Source: Bdellovibrionota bacterium
GTDB taxonomy: Bacteria > Bdellovibrionota_C > UBA2361 > JBIKWN01
Length of the DNA stretch: 12,738 nt
Direction of reading: 5' to 3'
NCBI GenBank assembly: GCA_044356295.1
Contig: JBIKWN010000068.1
Location: forward strand, 1-12,738
Shown here one piece after another: positions 1-6,455 of the stretch (its first letter is position 1; each line of letters opens with the position of its first letter). The notes under the pieces are model-generated. The model searched no databases and was not told the DNA's origin. It saw nothing but the letters and a program-made list of their open reading frames with translations. Position numbers and translations under genes: made by a program.

Positions 1-9
1 ATTGATGGT

Positions 10-792
10 TTGATGACAGCGCTCTCTAAAGTTCTGGGTATATCGGTATTGGAGAATCCGACTAGAGAAAATCCAGCACAAGAGTTGTTTGCTGCTCTTA
101 ATATGCCAGCCGAAAGTATTCAGACCAGAAGCAATGAAAAAATGGATAGATTCTTCCGGGAAATTAGGGAAACACTTGAGGAACTGGCTATCGGTAAAAG
201 ATATGTCCGAGTGTTTGATTACGAAGCAGCTGCGACACCTCTCTTTAAAATGTGTCTGTCAGTGACGAGATCGGAGTATGCTTATAATATATCACTTCGC
301 GATACATTACAGGGGGATGGAGAGAAATTTGGTGTAGTCACAGGTGTTAAATCCATGAACATCGTTCTCCGTTTAGCTACAGCGGCAATAGCCCCAAATC
401 ATTATGCAAGATATAATGCGCAACTAGATGATTTTTTGCAGTTCTTCGGCTTGGAAAGAGACCAATTTTTTCGAAGTAAAATGGCAGGTAAAATTACCAC
501 CATTGATTATGAAGGGAAAAAATTCTCGCTTGAGCTGAATTGCTATCATCCTGGAACAACCAGTCCTTTATGCCAAAATAGAGAGAACTATGATGGGGAG
601 AGATATTTTTTCTTTAGGGATTATGACAGCGGTTATTGGGGGTTAGAATCATCCTGTGACGTTGCTCTTTGCATGCTACCAGTTGACGGGGGCGCTGTTA
701 GCCTTGAGGAAGTACGGGCCCTTTCCTCTAATATAAAATCTCGATATCCTGAAAAGTTTCGAGAGTCTCTTTATCATGAAAAAGAAGACTGA
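10..792 (+). CDS. Hypothetical protein, 260 aa or longer; may begin upstream of the window
   Basis: Long ORF ending TGA at 790-792. The frame is open back to base 1 (ATT GAT GGT TTG ATG), so the start is uncertain. No family motif recognised. Confidence 0.7.
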   Translation: MMTALSKVLGISVLENPTRENPAQELFAALNMPAESIQTRSNEKMDRFFREIRETLEELAIGKRYVRVFDYEAAATPLFKMCLSVTRSEYAYNISLRDTLQGDGEKFGVVTGVKSMNIVLRLATAAIAPNHYARYNAQLDDFLQFFGLERDQFFRSKMAGKITTIDYEGKKFSLELNCYHPGTTSPLCQNRENYDGERYFFFRDYDSGYWGLESSCDVALCMLPVDGGAVSLEEVRALSSNIKSRYPEKFRESLYHEKED

Positions 793-828
793 TTCACTTT
801 TAACTCTACAAGAGGGAGCCAAGTAATC

Positions 829-846
829 AGGGGACGCTCACCTTTA
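829..846 (+). repeat. REP-like 18-bp motif AGGGGACGCTCACCTTTA, copy 1
   Basis: Identical to 2700-2717. Lies between convergent genes; its last 3 nt (TTA 844-846) are the hipA stop codon on the minus strand. Confidence 0.85.
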
Positions 847-2112
847 ATAAAATCGAAAAGCCGGTTCCATCTCCCCTATTTCATCCGAAGATAATTTCAT
901 CTTCTTAGCCAAGAGCCGCCAATCTCTAACTACAGATGAAACCTCTTTCACAATTGTCTTTGCTCGTTTCTCTTTGATACGAAAGAAAGGTGCAACTTCA
1001 AGTGCAAGATTTAGATCAAGTGAATTGTCAGATTTTGAAATATTGAGTGCCAGTCCATCTGAGCGAGAAACTGGATTGATATCGTATGCTGGAGATAAAA
1101 CCCAACCATTTTGTGTGAGTAAAAATCCGTGATTTCTTAAATGGTCATCGGTATTTGAAACACATATTGAAAAAACAATTCTACGCCATAACTGTTCTAG
1201 ATCTGCACTGGGACGTGCTCCCTCTTTAATAATGAGCTCTGCAAGTTCTAAGTAGCTTACTCCTGAAGCGGCTCCGTCGCCGTCGTTATGATTGAGAAGC
1301 GTCATTGCAGAAGCAAAGTGTAAGCGAGCTCCTTTGACTGTTCGATCAAAACGCTTGGTCAGAAACGTGTTACGTTTAGTGTTAAATGTGCGAGCCATTG
1401 CTTCGGGAACAATAATTCCAGATTTTTTTGCAAGGTCGTGCACTATCAACTCCCATGCTCCAAAGTCTATGGTGTCATTTCGACTTGGAAATTTTGCAAT
1501 CCATAAATGTCCATCGGTTCCAATGACACTTGCTTTTGGTCTAGCTCCACCAAGAGATCCTCCAGGTGCAATCAGCATTGCAAGCCAACGTTTATAATTT
1601 TTATCTTTCTCTACTCCTGGTTTTTCTAAGGAGAGAGATGCTGTTTCAAGTTCACGAAGTGAAGTCCAAGGCGGTGAAGCAAATTCTTTATTATTGTCCA
1701 AAAATGCTTCATTCGGATTAAGACGAAATCGTAAAGCTCCCATACGATGTTGGTCGAATACTCCTAAGAGATAATCAGACTCATAGAGAATACGTCTTGT
1801 ACGTTTCTCTTCTCTAGCAAGTTGAGCTTCTCTTCGATCCATAAGAAATCGACCCCACCGGTCGGGGGCAGAATCTAAGAAAATTCCAAAGTTTGATTTT
1901 CCAGTCTTTGGATACTGCGCTCCTCCAAATAAAAGAAGCGATGGATCAAGCGTTTGAGCCATTCCCAATTGCAACCAATTTGGATCGTACTCAAATGAGA
2001 ATACTTCTTTACCTTTACCTGTAGCAGCTGACAATATTCCCATGCGAACTGGCTTTCCAAGGCCTATCCAATCTGCCCACACTTCAATGAGTCGTTGAGT
2101 GTTACCTTTCAT
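844..2112 (-). CDS. hipA: HipA-family Ser/Thr kinase toxin (type II TA)
   Basis: N-terminal HipA coupling subdomain (FSFEYDPNWL...FLDSAPDRWGR), Gly-rich loop GGSLGGARPKA, IAKF, catalytic NTDDHLRNHGF and LSPAYD motifs. ATG overlaps the upstream XRE gene stop (TAATG on minus). Confidence 0.93.
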   Translation of the reverse strand: MKGNTQRLIEVWADWIGLGKPVRMGILSAATGKGKEVFSFEYDPNWLQLGMAQTLDPSLLLFGGAQYPKTGKSNFGIFLDSAPDRWGRFLMDRREAQLAREEKRTRRILYESDYLLGVFDQHRMGALRFRLNPNEAFLDNNKEFASPPWTSLRELETASLSLEKPGVEKDKNYKRWLAMLIAPGGSLGGARPKASVIGTDGHLWIAKFPSRNDTIDFGAWELIVHDLAKKSGIIVPEAMARTFNTKRNTFLTKRFDRTVKGARLHFASAMTLLNHNDGDGAASGVSYLELAELIIKEGARPSADLEQLWRRIVFSICVSNTDDHLRNHGFLLTQNGWVLSPAYDINPVSRSDGLALNISKSDNSLDLNLALEVAPFFRIKEKRAKTIVKEVSSVVRDWRLLAKKMKLSSDEIGEMEPAFRFY

Positions 2113-2471
2113 TATTTTTTCCGCTTAGGTTTTACTGATAACGTAGCAGTGGATTTTTGTAGCCTACGTGGAGCACGGCGCTTAGTGGTTAGTTGTACAT
2201 CTTGAAGTTTACGACCGAGTTCATCATCATTTCCAAGAAGTGTCAGGTCCTTTTCTAACCCCAAACAGAAAAATACATTTGCATATGCTCCGAATGAAAC
2301 GGATGGATCGCCACGCTCAATTCCTCGTAGTGTTGGTCTAGTAATTCCTGCTCGTTCAGATATTTGTTCAGCCGATAACCGACGGCGTAACCTTGCAAGG
2401 CGAATATTTTCACCGATCGCTGATAAGCGTTCTTGAAGAGCTGGAAGAAGTGTTACTGTTGATCGTCCCAT
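2112..2471 (-). CDS. XRE/Cro-C1 helix-turn-helix protein, HipB-like antitoxin
   Basis: IGENIRLARLRRRLSAEQISERAGITRPTLRGIERGDPSVS is an XRE HTH; translationally coupled to hipA. ATG at 2471 (MGRSTV...) preferred to 2492 because a -10 box lies at 2482-2487. Confidence 0.88.
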   Translation of the reverse strand: MGRSTVTLLPALQERLSAIGENIRLARLRRRLSAEQISERAGITRPTLRGIERGDPSVSFGAYANVFFCLGLEKDLTLLGNDDELGRKLQDVQLTTKRRAPRRLQKSTATLSVKPKRKK

Positions 2472-2481
2472 AATAGTTAAT

Positions 2482-2523
2482 AGTATACCCATTAAGCCTA
2501 TTTATGGAAATAGTATTTTCCAT
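2482..2523 (-). promoter_or_regulatory. Putative hipBA sigma70 promoter with overlapping operator palindrome
   Basis: Minus strand TTTCCA (2510-2505), 17-bp spacer, TATACT (2487-2482). The inverted repeat ATGGAAA-N6-TTTCCAT (2504-2523) overlaps the -35 box. Confidence 0.55.
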
Positions 2524-2563
2524 TATTTTTAAAAACTAGTCAGCGCCCTGTGTGTATAAGGGG

Positions 2564-2694
2564 TAATGTTATTAAGTTAAGCACATGATCCCCCGTGAAC
2601 GTGAGCGTGAGCGTAGGCGTGAACGAAAGAGAGCAGGTCACGCTCACGCCTACGGTCAAGGTCACGGGGGAAAATCCTTAACTTAATGACATTG
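2564..2694. mobile_element. 131-bp non-autonomous element (MITE) with IS4-family-like ends
   Basis: TIRs TAATGTTATTAAGTTAAG (2564-2581) and CTTAACTTAATGACATTG (2677-2694), 16/18 complementary. Flanked by an exact 10-bp direct repeat GTATAAGGGG (2554-2563 and 2695-2704). No transposase. Ends resemble the (T/C)AATG...AGTTAAG termini of E. coli IS4 as I recall them. Confidence 0.82.
2590..2670. repeat. Inverted arrays of degenerate hexamers forming a GC-rich hairpin inside the MITE
   Basis: CCCCC, GTGAAC GTGAGC GTGAGC GTAGGC GTGAAC, 11-nt loop, GGTCAC GCTCAC GCCTAC GGTCAA GGTCAC, GGGGG. Confidence 0.85.
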
Positions 2695-2699
2695 GTATA

Positions 2700-2790
2700 A
2701 GGGGACGCTCACCTTTATAAATATCCGAGATTACAACGGAATCCAAGTATCAAGTGTAATATCTTTAGGATATTAAGATGAGCATCTCCT
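2700..2790. repeat. REP-doublet (REPIN-like) imperfect hairpin: motif copy 2 plus a degenerate inverted copy
   Basis: Left arm AGGGGACGCTCACCTTTATAAATATCCGAGATTACA (2700-2735); reverse complement of right arm (2755-2790) AGGAGATGCTCATCTTAATATCCTAAAGATATTACA. Confidence 0.7.
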
Positions 2791-2914
2791 CTAGAAAAGA
2801 AATAGTAGTTTTAGAATGCCTTTTTTCACTCTTATACTCAAAGCAACTTAATAGTTTAACGCTATCTACTGATATTTATTTTGCAATCAAACCGTAATAA
2901 TCATTCCTTTTCAC

Positions 2915-2960
2915 TATATATATAATATGCTATTCTACGTATATATAAATTTATACTATT
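2915..2960 (+). promoter_or_regulatory. Putative vapBC promoter/operator region
   Basis: TATACT at 2952-2957, 9 nt before the ATG. TATATATAA occurs twice (2917-2925, 2940-2948). No clear -35 or Shine-Dalgarno sequence. Confidence 0.35.
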
Positions 2961-2966
2961 TTCTAT

Positions 2967-3179
2967 ATGACTACCCAGCTTAAAAAAATATCTACTAATA
3001 TCCCTGCCGATTTATTAAAGATGGCTTGCGCTGTAACGAGTCTTAACCAAACCGACGCCCTTATTGCGGGGCTCAAAGAGCTCATCGCTCAGCAGAATCG
3101 TCGCTCAATTCTAGATTTAAGGGGGCGAATTAAAATTGACATTAATCTTAATGAGGCTCGTAAAAGAACGAGACTATGA
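2967..3179 (+). CDS. VapB-like antitoxin (probable ribbon-helix-helix)
   Basis: 70 aa with an N-terminal ribbon-like strand KKISTNIP followed by two helices, C-terminal ILDLRGRIKIDINL. ATGA overlap with the PIN gene. Confidence 0.75.
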   Translation: MTTQLKKISTNIPADLLKMACAVTSLNQTDALIAGLKELIAQQNRRSILDLRGRIKIDINLNEARKRTRL

Positions 3180-3574
3180 AGGATAAGTCTAAAAATTCAC
3201 TGGTCGTTGTAGACACCTCGGTTTTTATCGAATATCTAAGAGGCTCGAGCGAAGATACACTCGCTATTCTGACACTTAATAATCAAGTGCTCCTCTCTCC
3301 TACCGTAAGACTAGAACTCTATGCTGGAGTTAGAAAGAAAGAACTCACAATTCTACAGCGACTTTGTAATGCACTTCTTCCTATTGAATCTTTTGCTACA
3401 CCACAAGAATGTGAAAAATTACTTTATCGCGCCAAAGGTTCGGGTCTGCTAGGAGGAATCCCTGACCTGCTTATACTTGCGGATGTTGTAAAATACGATG
3501 CCTCCATATTCTCTTACGATGAAAAGATGATACGACTTGCACAGAAACTTCGAATTAAAGTATTCAAGGCTTAA
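3176..3574 (+). CDS. vapC: PIN-domain ribonuclease toxin (VapC family)
   Basis: Acidic PIN residues in VVVDTSVFIE, VRLELYAG, IPDLLI and SYD; 132 aa; coupled to a small upstream gene. Confidence 0.88.
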   Translation: MKDKSKNSLVVVDTSVFIEYLRGSSEDTLAILTLNNQVLLSPTVRLELYAGVRKKELTILQRLCNALLPIESFATPQECEKLLYRAKGSGLLGGIPDLLILADVVKYDASIFSYDEKMIRLAQKLRIKVFKA

Positions 3575-4584
3575 TTAAAACTGATACTTCCATTCCAGTT
3601 ACCATAGTTATTCGACGTAATCTTATTTCGTTTAGAACCAACATAAGAAGTTTGACCTGGTCGAATCACAACGTTGACTACTCCACCCTTTAAAAGGGTA
3701 GTTTTCCCAATATGTGCAGCAGCAGTACATACAACTGAATCATCCGTATACGTTCCAGTTCCCCAAAGTGAGCCAACTGAACCATTCGCTGCACAAATAA
3801 AAGAATAAACGGTCTCATTACTTCCTCTAAAAGTCGTGATTCGCACACCGGAAATCATTATTGGTGGAGTTGTTGATCCAATCTCATTACCAGTTGAAAT
3901 ATTGAGGAAAGAGTAGCTAACGTCAAACGAAGAATACATCAAAGAATTGACTCGATTTCTTGTACTTCCAATATATTGACTTAGCCCATTCTTGATTTTC
4001 AATCTGACATTCCCTCCATTTTGCGAAGTAATAAGTCCAGCATGAACCGCAGCATTGCAAATTGACGAATCAGCAGTATACGTATCAGTTCCCCAAACGG
4101 TATCGATGGTGCCGTTCGGAGGACAAAAATAACTATAAATTTCCCCGCTATTAGCATTACTGAGTGAAGGAATGAATATTTTCATATCATCAGTCCACAG
4201 AATCTGATTAAACCCAGAAGCTGCACTTTGCGAACCTGTGACCGCAGCAACCCCAGTTCCAAGAGTACTGCAAACCGTACCAAGCTGCTTAGCTTTTTTC
4301 TGTAACGACTTTAACTGCTTCTTGAGCCTTGTCTTTGTAGAACCAGAAGCTTTTTTAATTTTCCTGTTTAATGCCGAAATGCTCGACGCAAAGGAGGTAA
4401 ACTTTCCTTTTTTATCTATGACCCCAGCTATCCAAAGAGTCCCAGGTGACAGTTGCGCACACTCGGCTCCACCGTATCTAACAAGGGCTCCTTCAGGAAG
4501 TGTTGTTGCAGCAAAACATTTGAAAGGTATCGTTATGCCCATTGCTAAAGTAATTAAAAATGTCACTTAACGTAGGAAACGCAT
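3571..4584 (-). CDS. Secreted-type protein with two tandem LCCL domains; in-frame TAA at codon 6 (uninterrupted ORF 3571-4566 from GTG)
   Basis: Two copies of the LCCL signature: CPPNG...VWGTDTYTADSSICNAAVHAG...YIGSTRNRVNS and CAANG...LWGTGTYTDDSVVCTAAAHIG...YVGSKRNKITS. Hydrophobic N-terminus and a Lys-rich helical segment between two Cys. ATG at 4584 has AAAGG upstream. Confidence 0.85.
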
Positions 4585-4749
4585 AAAAAGCCTTTATTTT
4601 AAACAGAATAATTTGAGCAAAGCATACATTATGTGTATGACTTTTCAAGGAATAAATGAAAGAGTTGTGACCATACCCTTTCATCATCTACAGTTATCAG
4701 TTAATTTGAATCAGAATATATAAAGTAGTAAGAAAATTAGAATCTCGTT

Positions 4750-6420
4750 ATGCCAGTACTCTCAGGAATCGCAGGTAAAATATTTGGGCTGGCTGTCTTA
4801 CTCCTTTGCATGACGATTACTTTAGTATGCATTCTTTTTTGGCAAATTCGGCAAATTAATTCTGATTTTGATCATGTCGTACGTATCGATATTCCTTTGA
4901 GTGCCGCATTTGCAGATTTAAATGAGTTTGGACTACGAAGACGACTGGCTTTTGAAAGATGGTATGGATCTGTCACAAGCGTTTCTTCAGATAATTCAGT
5001 TCTCGAAGAAGCAAAGAAAAATTATTCGATTTTCTCTTCTCAGTTAGATTCTGAGTTTAAAAAAATTGAAGATATACTTTTAGATGCGAAGGATTCTGAG
5101 ACTTCTGATTACGGAGAAATAAATGCAATTTACACTCAAGTTAAAGAAAGCTATCCAATCATTACAGCAAGACAGTCTCAAATTCTTGATCTCGTAAGCA
5201 GTGGCGAAATCGACAAAGCAAAAGCATTACTTCAAGTAGTCAATGACATACAGCGAGAGATTCAACAAAATCGATCTTTATTACAAGCAAAAACACTATC
5301 GAATGTTGACGAATCAGCACGTAAGACTGATACGAGACAAGCAAAGATTGTATGGTTGGCATTTGCTCTTACCACGACGACTGTTTTACTAGGATTATTA
5401 GTTGCTGCTTCGATTAGTCGACAGCTGGTTAGACCGATATGGTCACTCATAGCTGGAATGAAGAGTGTAAAAAGTGGAGACCTCAGTATACAAGTTTCAA
5501 TTACTTCTAAAGATGAAATAGGCGCCCTTGCAGAGACTTTTAATTTTTTTGTAACCGAGCTTAAAGCAAAAGAGCAGCTAAAAAACACATTTGGAAAATA
5601 TGTCGATCCTCGAATACTTGAAACAATTATTCTTCCTCATGTAACAACTGGAGTCCCAAGTGAACGACGACGAATGACAGTTTTATTTGCCGATCTTGTA
5701 GGCTTTACTAGTCTCGGCGAACACCTCACACCAACTCTTATGGTCAATATTCTTAATAGATTTTTTACTCTTCAGGCAGAAGCTATACAGAGTTGTGATG
5801 GTATCATTGATAAGTTTATTGGTGATGCAGTCATGGCATTTTGGGGTCCTCCGTTTACTGACGAGCAACAGCATGCTGAATTATCTTGTCGAGCTGCACT
5901 GAAACAACTTCAAGCTTTACATAAGTTCAGGTCCGAGATTCCTGAACTAACAGGGCTAAGGAAGAATACTCCAACAATCGATATGAGGATTGGAATAAGT
6001 ACTGGTGACGTTGTCGTTGGTAATATTGGATCCGATTTATCAAGAAGTTATACAGTGATTGGAGACCCAGTAAATATCGGATCGCGCTTAGAAGGTGCCA
6101 ACAGAGAATATCAAACTAAGATACTTATTTCAGAGCAAACATTTATATTAGCAAAAGATGCAATTATTGCTCGTGAAATTGATGTTATTTCAGTAAAAGG
6201 CAAAGCTGAAAAATTAAAAGTATATGAGTTACTCGCAATGCATGAAGATAACGATATCGTTGCAACTAAACTGAGAGATACGTTTGAGGTGGGAGTCGAA
6301 GCATATCGACAAAGTAATTGGGAAACTGCAAAAAATGCTTTTGAAGAATGTATACAGTTAGTCAGTGAAGATGGTCCTAGTAAAATGTATTTATCAAGAA
6401 TCCAAAAGATGGCGGCTTAA
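4750..6420 (+). CDS. Membrane-bound class III adenylate cyclase (TM, extracytoplasmic sensor, TM, HAMP, cyclase, TPR-like tail)
   Basis: Two hydrophobic segments; HAMP (RPIWSL...DEIGALAETFNFFV); metal-binding Asp in FADLVGFT and DKFIGDAVMA; ATP-specifying Lys and Thr (SYTVIGD); transition-state N/R in VNIGSRLE. Confidence 0.93.
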   Translation: MPVLSGIAGKIFGLAVLLLCMTITLVCILFWQIRQINSDFDHVVRIDIPLSAAFADLNEFGLRRRLAFERWYGSVTSVSSDNSVLEEAKKNYSIFSSQLDSEFKKIEDILLDAKDSETSDYGEINAIYTQVKESYPIITARQSQILDLVSSGEIDKAKALLQVVNDIQREIQQNRSLLQAKTLSNVDESARKTDTRQAKIVWLAFALTTTTVLLGLLVAASISRQLVRPIWSLIAGMKSVKSGDLSIQVSITSKDEIGALAETFNFFVTELKAKEQLKNTFGKYVDPRILETIILPHVTTGVPSERRRMTVLFADLVGFTSLGEHLTPTLMVNILNRFFTLQAEAIQSCDGIIDKFIGDAVMAFWGPPFTDEQQHAELSCRAALKQLQALHKFRSEIPELTGLRKNTPTIDMRIGISTGDVVVGNIGSDLSRSYTVIGDPVNIGSRLEGANREYQTKILISEQTFILAKDAIIAREIDVISVKGKAEKLKVYELLAMHEDNDIVATKLRDTFEVGVEAYRQSNWETAKNAFEECIQLVSEDGPSKMYLSRIQKMAA

Positions 6421-6424
6421 TTAC

Positions 6425-6441
6425 AGGGACGCTCACTTTTA
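6425..6441 (+). repeat. REP-like motif copy 3, variant AGGGACGCTCACTTTTA
   Basis: One G fewer and one C-to-T change relative to the 829/2700 copies; sits in the 35-bp gap between convergent genes. Confidence 0.75.
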
Positions 6442-6455
6442 AACAGATAAATGCT

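Noticed and set aside
1292..2060. ORFs 1292-1597 (+) and 1875-2060 (-)
   Set aside because: Wholly inside the well-supported hipA gene (antisense or alternate frame); no motifs.
2564..2694. Integron attC site
   Set aside because: GTTAAGC precedes CCTTAAC, the reverse of the RYYYAAC...GTTRRRY order; TIRs plus a 10-bp duplication fit a MITE better; no integrase present.
4567..4569. Alternative genetic code (TAA reassigned) to explain the LCCL in-frame stop
   Set aside because: TAA terminates hipA, the XRE gene, vapC, the cyclase and GT genes at expected positions.
4623..4682. CRP-like site or operator upstream of the cyclase (CATACA-N5-TGTATG at 4623-4639; a lone TGTGA)
   Set aside because: TGTGA has no matching TCACA half-site; the 6-bp palindrome is unsupported and plausible by chance.
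4238..4687. ORFs 4238-4570 (+) and 4493-4687 (-)
   Set aside because: Antisense or out-of-frame overlaps of the LCCL gene; the in-frame ATG at 4584 explains the 5' end better.
5262..5874. ORFs 5262-5588 and 5683-5874 (-)
   Set aside because: Antisense shadows of the adenylate cyclase.
829..6441. CRISPR array interpretation of the GGGACGCTCAC repeats
   Set aside because: Copies are 17-18 bp, kilobases apart and separated by genes; no regular spacers and no cas genes.
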